Of a DNA stretch of 64,000 bases, positions 1-12,816 are shown one piece after another; within the stretch, counting starts at the first letter, position 1, and each line of letters opens with the position of its first letter. The notes beneath the pieces are model-generated. The model had not been told where the DNA came from. It did not search any database and was given only the letters and a program-made list of their open reading frames with translations. This DNA is from Vicugna vicugna (taxonomy: Eukaryota), in NCBI GenBank assembly GCA_013265495.1, contig MU058824.1, positions 1,763,111 through 1,827,110 of the forward strand, read 5' to 3'. Made by a program: the position numbers and the translations under genes.

Positions 1-857
1 TCTTGACTGCATGCTGATTGGTAATGGATTCTAACTTGCGAGGAGTTTATAAGTGACTGCAGAGCAGATTTGGAATGCAAATAAAATACTGGGGACCCAA
101 ACACACTGGCCTCCGAGGCTCCTGCCACTGCTGTTTCTGCTGCTTTGGGGACCCACCACTGGCCACCAAGCGGTCAGCCTGGACCCTCCACTACACACAC
201 TGACAATGCAGAGCTGCTGGGGCCCCACAGACACCTGCAGTCACTCAGCTCCTGCTGCTGCAACCAAAGTAGAGAAAAAAAAGCAAAAAAAAAAAAAAAA
301 AGCCTTTCCCTTATGCACACTTTCTAATCCCCCATGAATACTTCTCATTAGCAGAACCTAAATGGAAACCAGCTGGCAGGGGATTCTGGGAAGTGTGGTT
401 TCCAGGCTGTGGGCCCTGCGACACAGAGGACATAGGAAAGTGAGCGTGGACTGTGAGCCAACAGACAGGTCACAACCACTGCTCCAGCCAGAGTTATCAA
501 ACTCCACTGCTTTGGAATTTAAGGCCTCACATGGATTGGTCTCAAGTGGATGTGATGATCCTCCATTACAGCCCTGGGATCGCACTCGGCAAAAGCTTCA
601 GGAGAGTCGCGGCATTTATATAGACATAAAGAATGTCTGTGTGAAGAGAAGAGCAAAATAATCCCTGCTCAAGCTGGGGTCTTAGAAACCAAAGCCTGCC
701 CGGCTTCCCTGGCTCGGAGATGCAGGTCATAGCGAAACCGGACTCTAGTTGCTGTGTGGGCCTCACTCAGAATCGTTGCCTCTGTTCCCACTGCCTTACC
801 ACTCAGCCTCCTTTGGCTTGCAAAAAAGAGAGCATTCCAGTGACCTTTGATGGCAGG

Positions 858-1250
858 TGTCTTAGGCCAGGGTTACCCAGGAAACAGACTGAGACAAAGA
901 TTGACATGCACGAAGTTTGTCAGGAGGCTCTCAGGAAGAAAACTCGAAAGGGAAGAAGCTGAGCAGGATGAGGCCGAGGGACAAGGTGAAGTGGAATGCA
1001 GCTGCCTTCACAGCCTCAGCCACCCTCGGGGACCTCTGGAGCCATGGGCCTTCCCAGCTCTCCTGAGTTGAGGGAGGGGGGCTCGAACAACTGTGTCTTT
1101 TTACACTGACCAGTGGATGTAGGCTGCCCCCAGGGAGGGACATAATCTTCACTGATACAGCTCCCTGTGGGTGCAGGGCAACCCAACAACAGCCGAAATT
1201 CTGGGGAAATAAGCTCCTTCATCCTGAAGGGGGCATCCAGCCGCACACCA
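858..1250 (-). mobile_element. Ancient ERVL-class solo LTR (LTR33-like), degraded
   Basis: tgtcttaggccagggttacccaggaaacagactgagacaaagatt resembles an LTR33-family terminus (recalled); right boundary approximate. Confidence 0.5.
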
Positions 1251-4200
1251 TGGCACCCCCCATCCAGGATGGCAGGAGTAGAAGGGAAGCCACTGCTGCT
1301 CAGGCCACAGCGCTCAGCCACTTTGGCGATGCACCCTGAGCTGGAGAGACAGAGAGAGAGTCCAGCCACCTCCCTAGCCTAAGCCGCTGCCACCTAAGAC
1401 CCCGTGTCTCTGCTTCCATGTTTGCCTCACTACCATCCATTCTCTCTCCATCAGCCAGAGCAATCTTCTGAGATCTTAAGTCAGATCATGCTACTGCTTT
1501 GCATAACCTCCCCATCGCCATGGCTCTTCGCTGCACTTGGCATCCCCTCCAAGCTCTGTCATGGCCCCCAGTTCACCCCTACCTGCCCACTCCCTCACTG
1601 GGCTTCCCCTGCCTGCCCCTTCTGTTCCGTTCCCACCTGAGGGCTTGTCCTGGCCTTTGCCTCTGCTCGGGGTATCTCTTCTTGCTGCACAGGCCTCAGC
1701 CTTATGTTGGCTCTGCTGGGAGTTCTTTCCTAAGCATGCAGTAGATTCACTCCCTTCACCCAGGCACTCCCGTTTGTTTTCTTCACAGCTCACTTCACTA
1801 ACTAAAATGATCTTATTCATTTATCTCCTAATCAAATATGAAGTTCTCTGAGAGCAGGGAATCAGCTCCTAGAAGAGGACCCAGCCAGGGCAGACAGATA
1901 TTTGTGGAATGTCATGTGAGTTGAGCATCCACTAACACGGAGGACATCCATCTGGCAGAATTTCTTGAAAAGCACCTCATTGGCATGCGGCCTTCCTCAT
2001 GTCCAGTCTTATCGAGCTTGATGGCTAGGATGGTGGTCCCCATCCAGTCATCCATGGTCAAGGTAGCAGAGTTGGCTTCATCAATCGGTTTGACCTAACA
2101 GATGCCATGGTCGCAACTGCAGGGAAAGAATCACGTGATGCATCTTCCTCAGAAGGGGCCACACAGAGCTTCATGGCTCTCCTCTGGTGCCGACCCTCTG
2201 TATAGCCAGTTACCCATCTGCATGTCCATCATGACTCCCCGTTACCGTGGTCAAAGAACTCTCAGCTTTCTTTCTTTGGTAGAACACACAGCAGCCCACG
2301 TGGTTAGGAAACTCAATTACTTGGGGACCGATGTGTCTGAGCAGTGTCGCCACCTTGGATTAGGGCCCAACAGTTTACCTCTTTTCCAGCTGAAATCATG
2401 TGACGTTGAGTATCTCTTCCTAAAGATTGGAAAGCTTCCTGGTGCTTGAAGTCTTCTTTATTTCAGCTCTCTATTAAATGTGTTTAAATAAAAATCACTG
2501 ATACCATTTACTGAGTGCCTGTTGAAGACCAGGAGCTGTGCTAGTTCTGTAACTCAGGTGTTCAGGAGCCTGCCCAAGGGAGCCCTGAACCCAGCTTTGT
2601 GATACTCAGATGCTGGCCGCCTTTCACTGCACTACCTGAAAAATCAAGGAGTTAGGAGGAGCTGCTATGGGTAAAAATAGCTACTGTGAGAGAAATAAAA
2701 TATGACAGGTCTTCCTTCAAAGATGGACTAATTAGCTTTGTTTAAAAAGTAAAGGGGGTCGGGGGGAACCAAGAAAGTAAAGAGAGAGTCTTCCTCATCC
2801 GCATCCTATATTCCACTCCTATGTTATTCCATCCAAGCTTTGAATATAATTGCATATTCTTTTTAAGTTATAAAGATTCTGCAGAATTTGTCCACGTTTT
2901 ATATCTAGAAGTCTTTGGGATTCTTCAAAGCTTGGCAGGAGATGGGTGAATTAGTTAGATCTCTACCTGTGTCAAACAGAGAAATGTCCTGTGGACAGAA
3001 CCTGCATCTTTTCCACCCATGCAAAGTGGTCCATTTGCATAAAAGTGATCCTTTTGGAAGATGTTCTGTGTTTTTCAATCATCCCTGGAAATAAAATCAC
3101 AGCTCCTGTCTCACCTTACATTGAAGTGTTTTCACACTCCAGGGAATTGCTTACCATCACCTGAATATAGAATTTGGTGGGCGTTAGTTTCAAACTGATA
3201 CTACTTGCAGCTGTCTGCAGGATTTCAACATGGTGTCAAAGTGGCCTTAGAAGGTGTTTCTTGTTCTGAGAACACGTTGAGTGATTCTCTTTGTTCCGAA
3301 AGCCTCAGGGCCTCAGACTTTGGATTTCCACCCAGGGAAGCTAGGTACTTTCTGGTGATTTCTCCTGAGAATTGAGTGGGCTCCGTGGTACTGTCAGTGC
3401 CACTGCCTAATTGGGGACGCAAGAGCGTGACTGCATGCGTAAAGCAGTGTACCTTTAAGACACTTTCTTCTCTTAATTTCACATTAATGGAAAGAAAGGA
3501 AGAAATTTATTTCTGGATCAGAAACAATATGCTATAGTGAGGTTGCATGGGCATTAAAATCAAACTCGGACTGGAATCCACCAGCCTCTCTTGCAGTGAC
3601 CTTGGCATAACCTCCCTCAATCTGTTTCTTGATCTATAAAAATCAGGATCATCCTCCTTCCACTCAAGCTTGTCATAAAGATTCATTGATATAACGTGTC
3701 GACTTCTTTGCAGGGTTGCAGAATTTTAGGTGCACCATAAATAGGCAAGAAGAGACCACGCCCCCTCTTTATTTATGTTCCTGATTTATTTAGCCCAGCG
3801 TGTGGAAGCCAGATATCAGCCAGCAAGGCAGATGCAGCAGATGATGCTGTCTTTCGCCCCCAGGGTCACTAATGAGGGGTGCTTAGCTGCCTGTGACACT
3901 AGTCAGGTCTCATTGGCTCAAGAAGCTTAATTTTGTGCTGCCCCGTAGCCCAGTTATAATTGGGGCTGATGTCACTGTTCAGGAAGAACTTAAAAAAACA
4001 TTCTCTGTCCTGAGTAAGAAATACTAACCAAACTCTAGCCCCCTCTGGTCCTCCAGCCAAACAACCTCAGCAAAGCCCTCCATCTTTGTGGGTGAGGCTT
4101 GGAAACAGAGCCAGGACCAGGTTCCATGGGCTTCATCTCTGCCTCCATCTTTCCAGCACCCTGGAAGACCTTGTCCTGGGACAACACAGGGCATGTGGGC

Positions 4201-4479
4201 ATTTGATAGTCATGGTGATAATGATGATGTGTATCTCAGCTTTAACTTACGTGTGTTGTTTCCATTATTGATTTTGTGCTCCTCAAACTTATGAGATAAA
4301 AATCACAACCAGTTTAAAAACAATTCATTTAATTTTGCATCTGTGATCCAACAGGAGTCTATTCTTTATCCAGTAATAATAATCGCATTGTACAATTAAC
4401 GAATTTCAGTTGAGATCAGTAGTGTTTGGGCTAATATAGCATTTCTTTTTTGTTCTTGTTTGTCTTGTTTTGTTTTTAG

Positions 4480-4540
4480 GGTCAAGTTGTGTTCCGGAAC
4501 GGAGAGAGAATGGGGACCATTAAGTTTACTCAATTTCAAG
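4480..4540 (+). CDS. GABBR2: GABA-B receptor subunit 2, internal coding exon (human exon 8 equivalent), GQVVFRNGERMGTIKFTQFQ(D)
   Basis: Long U-rich tract then ttttag|GGTCAA; ends CAAG|gtaggc; 61 nt; peptide matches the GABBR2 VFT C-terminal region; phase joins the next exon. Not in the ORF track. Confidence 0.97.
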
Positions 4541-4837
4541 GTAGGCTTTTTGATGCTTATTCTTTCTAGTTGATGAATTCTATATTCAGGGATGTTGTGT
4601 TTATGCAATAAAATACATAAAAAGAAATGAAAGTACGATGTTCCAGATAAGAGAAAGCAGAATCAATAGGAAACACTTCTCTGTGAAAACATTAGTTTCA
4701 ACTTATTCAGAGTATTTTTTCTCAGCTGCATTATTTCTCAGGCCTATTCAAGTCTTTCCACGTGACTCAAGCTCATGAAAATGTGGGGAGTGGTGGCGGT
4801 TAAGTCAGTGCCAGTATTCTGAGGGATCTTGCATTGT

Positions 4838-5330
4838 TTTAGTTTTTGATTATAGAAATTTTCAAACAGACTCTAAACCTGAGAGAACAGCATAGTGAAC
4901 ACCATGTACCCATCACCCGGCTTCAACTGTTTTCAACGCTTTGCCAACCGTGTTTTATCTTGACTCACCCCATTCCCCTGCCCCCCACCCCTTTTTGCTG
5001 TAATGTTTCAAAGAAGCTCCCAGACATTATCTCATTTCAATCTATAAATACTGCAGTATGCATTTCTACTAGATAAGGGCTTTTAAAAACATAACCACAA
5101 TTCTATTATTGCACCCTAAGCATTTAACAAGTGTTAATACGCTTTATTCCCAGTCTGTGTTGATCCTCTCCTTGTCTCAAAAATGACTCCCTAGTTGGTT
5201 TGTTGGGGAGTTCACACAAGGTCCACTCATTGCATCTGGTTGATGTGTCTTTTTAGTCTCTTTTAATCTATACTCCTCCCGCACACAGTGTTTACAGACC
5301 ATTTGGTTTTTTTAAGAAACCAGATCATTT
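4838..5330 (-). mobile_element. Old L1M 3' end fragment
   Basis: ttatagaaattttcaaaca...agaacagcatagtgaacaccatgtacccatcacccggcttcaac resembles an antisense L1MC/L1ME 3' UTR. Confidence 0.6.
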
Positions 5331-6139
5331 GTCAGACTCTTCTGCTGGCAGAGTTGGAGGGGACCTCAGCAACCATCCAGATCCAGGTCCTCATGTGATG
5401 AGGAGGAAACGGAGGCCAGAGAGGGGCAGTGTCTTGTCAGAGCCCATTGGGCATCAGTGAGGAGCAGGGATGGGTGCTGTCCCTGGAGGAACCTCAGGTC
5501 AGCCCAGTATGGTCATTAGCAGGGTTGTTAGCCAGAACCATGAGACAGACCATTCATTAATGCAATGTTTTTCAGCCTCTGATTGTTTCTAGAAAATCCA
5601 GAAACAAGAGCAGGGCCTTCTGTGTCCACTCACTTTGAGCAGATCCCAGAGTCATTGAAGGGAAAGCAAGAAATGAAATCGGGTTTTTCAGATTCATTCA
5701 GACGAATCCCAGCCGGATTCAGATCAATCAGGGCAGGTGTTCTTCGGCACCGTCACCCCATAATGCAGTCTTGTAGGTTCACCCATTTGTCTTCCCGTGA
5801 CAGGTAATTGAAACACGTGTCAGCTCTCTGGCGTGCACAAAAGATGTAATTTTAGGCAAACGGAATTATTTCCCCATTTGTTAAGTCTTACTTCTTCATT
5901 GGTTGAACAAAGTAAGCATCTTGGCAAAGATACTTACTTTTTTTTTTTTTTGAGTGATTGCAACTAAATTCTCTTGTCACATTTCCAGTTCTCAAATTAT
6001 ATCGTTCTAGGAGAATATTTTGTAAAATATTGATTGGCCAGTCACAGCTACGATTGCATGCCAGTTTTATTGCCTTTTTTCCCCCCTGAATGTTAGGATG
6101 AGACACCAACTCCAGTGACTGGTTTTAGGTATTTATAAG

Positions 6140-6370
6140 AAAAGTAGTGTAGCGAACAGTAGTTCAGAGGTGGGTTTGAAACCATCTGAGCTCAAATCGC
6201 TGTAGAACATCAGGCAAGTGACTTAACGTCTCTGAGTCTCAATGTCCTCATCTGTAAAATAAGGATATGACCCTACCTGCCTTCTTGGGACGTGGGAGGA
6301 GCTAGGTGAGATAACACAGAGAAACGTGTGCTTGTATTTCTTGCTCAGTAAGTAGTAGCAGTTATTATTA
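6140..6370 (+). mobile_element. MIR SINE
   Basis: Core ggcaagtgacttaacgtctctgagtctcaatgtcctcatctgtaaaat. Confidence 0.75.
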
Positions 6371-7689
6371 GCATTTAGTCTAAATTATGACATTTTTCTG
6401 GAGCAAATCCACATTTTCTTGGTGTGTTGAAACCCTCTGTGTGCCTTTTTGTCTGCCTACCCCTTACAGCTGCTCCCAACACTTAATGACATGTGGGATG
6501 TCACATGGGGCAGGGCCAAAGAGATGACCTCGTCCCATGACTTCATGGTGTAAATGGGGAAACTGAGGCTCAGGGAAGGGAAGTGATCTCCCCAGGGACA
6601 TCCAGCTGGCTGGTGGCAGAGTAGGGACTGGACCTCGACTTCCCTCAAGTGCTGGCCTCCACGTGTTCACATGTATACCTATGCCCAAGTGTTCTCTCAT
6701 CACCACGCTTGTGTCCAGCTTTTACTGGATGTCAGAGCTGAGTCTTGAAGATACTCCCATTTACATGTTTTTAAAGAGGGCATTGAGTCCTGTTGGCAGA
6801 GGGATGCTGTGCTAGGGGCATGTTCACATCAGCACAACAGTTAGTTTTCCAAATTCATAGAGTCTCAGAGGTACCTTGCTGCCAGGATGGAGGGGCACTG
6901 AATTATTGGGTAGCCTGTCCAGGCTGGGAGGGCTCCTGGTTGTCATCTCACTTCACAAGAGGGGAAACTGAGGTTCAGATACGAGAAGGGACTTGCTGTA
7001 GGACAGTGAGTTCATCCCTTTTCTTTTCTGGGCTCATGGTTCCCCTCCAAGAGGGGCTGGTCCAGACTCTGTCTTCTAGGACCTTCCAGGAATTTAGCCA
7101 GAGGGTGGGCCTGCCCCCCATCTTGGGTTTACTAGATCCTAAATTACCTCACAAAAGGCTTCTAATCAGAGTCACCATGTTGTTTTTTTGCTGTGCCCTT
7201 CAAGCCCTCTCTCTCCTTATCTGTTCCTCTCTCCCTGGCCTCCTGCCCTCTTTTAAGAAGGGTCAGTGGAACAGCAGAGCTGACTCACAAACAGCCAGCC
7301 CAGCAGTGGGGCTCCCTATGCAGGGTCTGCTCCTGAGCTCCCACCCAGACTGTCTCAGGGCTCACTGGCAGGATCTTGGAAGTTGGCCCATCTCACCCTC
7401 CTTCTGAAGACCTTGAAAGATGCTTTTTCGGCTTCTCATTTGCAAAGTTCCTGGTGCTTTCAAAACCCTTTTCCTGTAGTAGAGGAAGCATTTTATAGGA
7501 GGCTCTGTTAAGTCCTTTGTAAAACTAAAACTAGATTAATTGGACATGGGAGGGAGTTTGGGGGAGAAGACTAAAAGGGGAGCCAGGAATCCACGGTCCT
7601 GCTCTTTTTGACTCCAGAGTGATGGGATTGGTATTGCAAGGGCCTGGCACTCAGTAAGCCCCAGGTACAAATTTATTGAATTAATTTGG

Positions 7690-7870
7690 AGATTTAAGTC
7701 CTGAATTCAAGCCCTTGCTCTGAAGCTTACCAGCATTGTGACCCTGGGAAAGTTGCTTTATCTCCCTAATCCTCAATTTCCTCCTCTGGAAAGTGGGATG
7801 ACACTAATGCCAGCCCTGCCTGTCCCCTGGGGCTGGTGTGGGGACCAAATGAGATTTTGCTCCATAAACC
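7690..7870 (+). mobile_element. MIR SINE
   Basis: tgtgaccctgggaaagttgctttatctccctaatcctcaatttcctcctctggaaagtggg. Confidence 0.7.
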
Positions 7871-8416
7871 CTCGAGTGCTGGGAAGCTAGTCACGTCACT
7901 AGCATGCTGCCTGGCTCCTGGCTGGCTCTTGGTAGAATGTTTACTGAATTGATTAGTGATATGGCTCTTAGAAATCTGAGAGCATGTGCATTTACTTGTG
8001 GTTTCCAGTGGCTTGAATCAAGTCAGGATGTCTGGCAAACAGCAGTTGGTCTTGACAACAGACATGTGAACTGAAGCTACTTCACGATGGTGGCCATTGT
8101 TGTTCATGGAGAAATAGCCTTTTTTGCAAACTTAGGAGTGCTGGATAGACAGAACCACTCTAAAATAACGTGCCAGGGCTGGCCCCATGGTCCTTCTTGA
8201 GGCATTTTGAATCCAGAGAGGGCTCCAGAGCCCTAAGCATGACCTTCCTCATTCCCAGCTTCCCTCCATTTTCAAGGCTTCCCAGCGCGCTTACCTTCCA
8301 ACAGGACAATCCTAGAGGGTCGACGCAGTGGATGCCATCAGTCTCTCACCCATAGTCCCTGAGCATCCGTGGTTCCAAACAAGCATCTTATTAAGAGCAC
8401 CTTCATCTCTCACCCT

Positions 8417-8755
8417 GTGTGAAGAGCAAGACAGGTATTCAGGGAGTTAATGCTTCCATGTCAGCTCTCAGCCAGAGATGGATGAGAAGTGGAGGATAAA
8501 TCCCCCAGCGTCCTTTCCCCTTGGGTGGAAACTCCCAAGAACTCCAAGGAATGTTCTCCTCTGTCTCCAGAGGTCCCCTGGGATTGAGCCTCAGTTGGCC
8601 GCTGAGAAATCTGCTCACTAACGCACCTTGCCCTGGCTCCCTTCCCTTCCCTGTCTCACCTCCCCAGGCCCCTATCAGTGTGTTCAAGGATCACCTCTAA
8701 ATAAATTACATGCATTCTTACTCTTGTCCAGGCGCCATACTGAGGGACCCACCCA
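8417..8755 (+). mobile_element. ERVL solo LTR (LTR16C-like)
   Basis: ggagttaatgc...ggaggataaatccccagc...cccttcccttccctgtctcac...ggatcacctctaaataaattac resembles the LTR16 family, including the polyA signal. Confidence 0.65.
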
Positions 8756-10359
8756 TGGCAGTAGGTAAGGTACTAGCAGGTACTAGCATCCCCCGGCCAC
8801 ACACTTTGGGTGCAGTGGGCCTAACCCACTTTCAGCTCCCAAGTTCAGTACCCCTCCCCCACGCCATCGCTAACTTCCACCAAACCACGTGTAGATGGGG
8901 ATGAATACCAAGGAACTGGCTTTTTTTTTCCCTTAAGAGAAAAAAAGAATTCATGTTACTAACGAAGTCTAAACATGGCTCAGAATTTGCAGCAGGGAAG
9001 GAAGTTGAGTGAAACCATGATTAGAGCCTTGTTTGTGCTGTTCTTGGTGAAATCTCAGCATCTGCCGCTCTAACTCCCTGTCCCTGCCTTCATTAGGACT
9101 GTTTGTGAGCATCTCAGTGAATGATAATCTGCTTGAATTTCACACTGCTTCTGTGCAACATAAAGGACTCAGACTTTGGAGTTTTATCCATCGGCATTTG
9201 AAGGGGTGGGGTCTTCCACTGCTCTAACAGTGTAACTGTCATTCAGAAGGTACCTAATGAAATGTAGGCTAGCCCCCCCACCCCCACCATTTGCAGACAT
9301 TAATTGCCGTTTGGTCTTCAGGGTAAAAGATACGGTTCTATTCAGTGCGCATTTCCTGAGCATCTGCCAGGCGCTTTACCAAGTCCTCCAGGGAAGCCAA
9401 GTTGAATAAGATACAGTCCCTGCCTCCCCTCACCCCCGGCAAGGGCTTCATAATCTCTCTGGCCAAGTGCCAGTGCCTATAAAAGCAGGAAGATAATTTC
9501 CCAGAACCTACTAGAAAACTTTTGGAGCTAGTTTGACTCTAGTTTGAGACTCTTCAGGCTGATTTTTAATACCCTTTTCCTTCTATGAAGGCATATATTA
9601 TAGCTCTCTTCACTAAGCCATGGGTCTGGAAAGGCCAGTTTGTCGTACTGCCACTCAACTTGATGTAGTTAGGAGTAAGCCCACTACCCTGCAGGACACA
9701 CGGGCAGGGGTGTGGGTCAGCAGGAATGGAAGGACACATGTGAATATGGGCTCTTTCGGGCTGGGAGTTGGACTCTGACCTTGATACCTCCTAGCCCTCA
9801 TGATCCAGGGCTTACCTTTGAGGGAGCCCAAGAAAGGTGGCCTGGAGACAGAATTATTGAGCAGATCTTGTCTTTCATTGAGCAATAGACTCTCTTCGTT
9901 GAAGGACTTTCCTTTACATGACTCTTCTTTACAGCATTGCCTCTACTTGAATTCCTCCAGTGATGGAGAGCTCACCTCTTCTCATGTGAGAAGTACATGA
10001 GCTTTAAAGCAGACATGCCTAATCACTGCTAGTCAGGCACTGTGGCTTAATCTCTCTGAGCCATCATTTCAGCACTTATTTTAAAATAGTGAAATAAAAG
10101 GTGATCATTTTCCTTTTGAGAGTGATGGTGAGAATCCAATGACATGAGGCTATGAATGACCCAGGCTTGGCGACTGGCACAGAGAAGAGCCGTGACAACT
10201 GTGGGCTTCCTTCTCCTCTCTGGAACTCTTCACAATGATCCCAGACTTACCCCCTCCAGAATTTCTTGAACAAAGTGCCATCTTGCTTCCTCAGGACACA
10301 TTTCACACTCCTCATTTCATGGGATGTTGTTATCGTTGGTCCATGAAAGCCCCTCTTGT

Positions 10360-11200
10360 TTGTTTATCCCTTTATTTCCCTCATTTATTCTCATTCCCCA
10401 TTCCTACCTCCCCCCATGAAAGGCAAACACTCTAAGTATTTAATGCTGATGTTGTCTTTGTATGTGTCCTTGCAAAATGTGTGTTGCTGTTTTGTGTGCC
10501 TATTTTTGAATTTACATCGACGCAACTGGATTATATACCTTTTCCTGTTTCTTTGTCCCCATTCAGCCCTTCATTTTTGAGGTGCCTCCATTATCCTGTG
10601 TGTACATCTAGGCTGTGGCTTTCACTGCTCACTCCACAGGGCACATCCCTCCACTCTCCAGGGACAGCCACCCAGGTCACCTTCACCTCCCTGCCTCCAT
10701 GTACATGAGTGTCCTTGTACATCTTCCTTTATGAACCCAACTGGACATTCTTGAAGACAAATGCCCATGAGCTGAATTGTTGGGTCAGAGGGTATGTCAA
10801 CACTGAACAGGCCTAAAATCTGCCAAATGTCTCCTGGGGATGCCCATACCCACCTCCACTCCCACCAGCATGAGGAGTCCTGTGTCCCTACCTCCCACCC
10901 ACCCTGGATGGTTTCCGGCTCATTTTCTGTCAGTCTTAAAGTATAAATTAATATTATATTGTAGTTTTAAATACCATTTTTCTGATTGCTGATGAGTTTG
11001 GACATTTCTCCTTGTGCTTGTTAGCCATTTGTTAATTGTCTGTTCTGATGCTCTGACCACTTTTATTTTGAAGATTTTTCTTTTTTCCTTGATTTGCAAG
11101 AGTTTCTTACATAATCTCGATTTCAATCCTTGTTGGCTTTAGGCTTTGCAAATATCTTCTCCGATTTGGTCCCTTGGTCCCTTGTCTCAACTTAAAGACC
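10360..11200 (-). mobile_element. Old L1ME-type fragment
   Basis: Degraded antisense L1 3' region, e.g. gagtttggacatttctccttgtgcttgttagccatttg...gagtttcttacataatctcga. Confidence 0.6.
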
Positions 11201-12630
11201 TTGGTGAACAGTTCTTAATTTTGATGTGTTGTTTTGTTTTGTTTTGTTTTTTGGTCCCATGGTTTGGGCTTTTGAAGTTTCTCAACAGTCATATCCTGGC
11301 ACCCACATGCCAGGTCCTGGCTGGGCAAAGGGGGTATAGAGATGGGTAAGACACAGCCCCTGCCCTCAGGGAGCCCCTAGTTCAGTGGGGAGCAGATATA
11401 GGGCCCCAGCTAAGTGTGATATGTCATAAGGGCATTCAGAGGAGGGGCACTTGGCTCCACCTGGCAGATTCTAGGAAGGCTACCTGGGAGAGGTAGCATC
11501 TGAGATGAATTCTGAAGGATGAGTGGGAGTTAGCCAAGAGGAAGAGAACAAAGCTGTTTTCTGTGCAAATAACCTATTGTATTTATCTGGATCCTGTATC
11601 CCCTCAGGTACTTAGGTTTAGCCTCGGGCCAGTTTGCGTAAATCAGTAAACAACTCTTACCTTTGGCAGGATTATTATACACTGGGGACATTTGGCCAGA
11701 GTCCACCTGGCCTGTTAAAAATCTCAAAACAAGGGGCAATGAAGTTAACTCATTGAAAATGTGGCAGTGGATGCTGTTTGTGGAAATAGAGACAAGTGTA
11801 GAGGAGGCTCCAAGTGACCAGACTGAAGGTGTGTGTGGATGGGAGTGAAAAATCATTTCCTGAGGAATGGCTGGCCAGCTCAGAGAAAAGCAGAATCAAG
11901 GCCCGAAATCGCTGAGTTCCCACCTCTGAAGAACAGCGAGGAGCAAGAGTCGCTGTGGTGTGTGGCCCCAGGCAGAGCCAGGACCGTGAGGGAAGTCTCA
12001 GGGAGCAGGCTTCTGCTTGGACTGAGGGAGACCCTTCAAAGCAGTTGCAGAATCATGGAACCAGAGCCGGAGGGCACAGAGATTTCCCCATCTGGCCCAC
12101 TCACTGTATCAAGACCTGGGCAGGGGATGTCACTTCCCTGGGGCTCCTTACTGAGGAAATGGCAAAGCCAAAACTCACTCCAAGGGTCCTGTCCTCCAGC
12201 CAGAGCTCCTTCCTATCCCTGAGACTGGGATTTTGATAGGGAGTCCTAGAATGGCATGATTTTATAGAATCTTTGATTTTTCATTGAGCCAAGATCGTCT
12301 TTTGTTTTATACCTCAGAGTTATACATTGAGTCTATGTTTGCAAGAACAATTCAACTTTAAAGCACACATATACTTCCCTCAGTCCAGGTCTAGAGCCAA
12401 CTGAGGAAGAATGAATACTTGGGGGTGGGGAGCCCAGGAAGCAGGATGTGGGGACCCAGCTAAAACAGGAGGTTGTTGACCCCACAACTAGTTCTCCTGC
12501 CTGGGTGCGTGTGGGGCAAGGGGGAGGCAGGATCACTCTGTGACTGAAGCAGTTCCCAGACTCTTTATTATTTGACAGTATTTTGAGCCTCCGAGAACAG
12601 AAAGTGTCAGCACTGGGGAGTCCTAATGAT

Positions 12631-12816
12631 GTGGTTCTCAACCCTAGCTGTGCATTAGCATCAGTTTCAGGAACTTTTAAAAATACTGCCACCCAGGATC
12701 CACTCCTCTACCTCCAAGGGGTTTTATATAATGGGTCCATGTTGGGACCCAGGCATCTGAATTTTCTAGAAGTTCCCCAGGTGACTCTAGTGTCTGGCCA
12801 GGGCTGAGAACCATTG
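12631..12816. mobile_element. MER5-family hAT-Charlie non-autonomous DNA transposon
   Basis: Termini gtggttctcaaccct ... agggctgagaaccattg are inverted; internal ccccaggtgactcta typical of MER5. Confidence 0.75.

Noticed and set aside
6793..7407. 204-aa ORF
   Set aside because: Starts at TTG, crosses a MIR fragment (HFTRGETEVQ), has no recognisable domain; chance intronic ORF.
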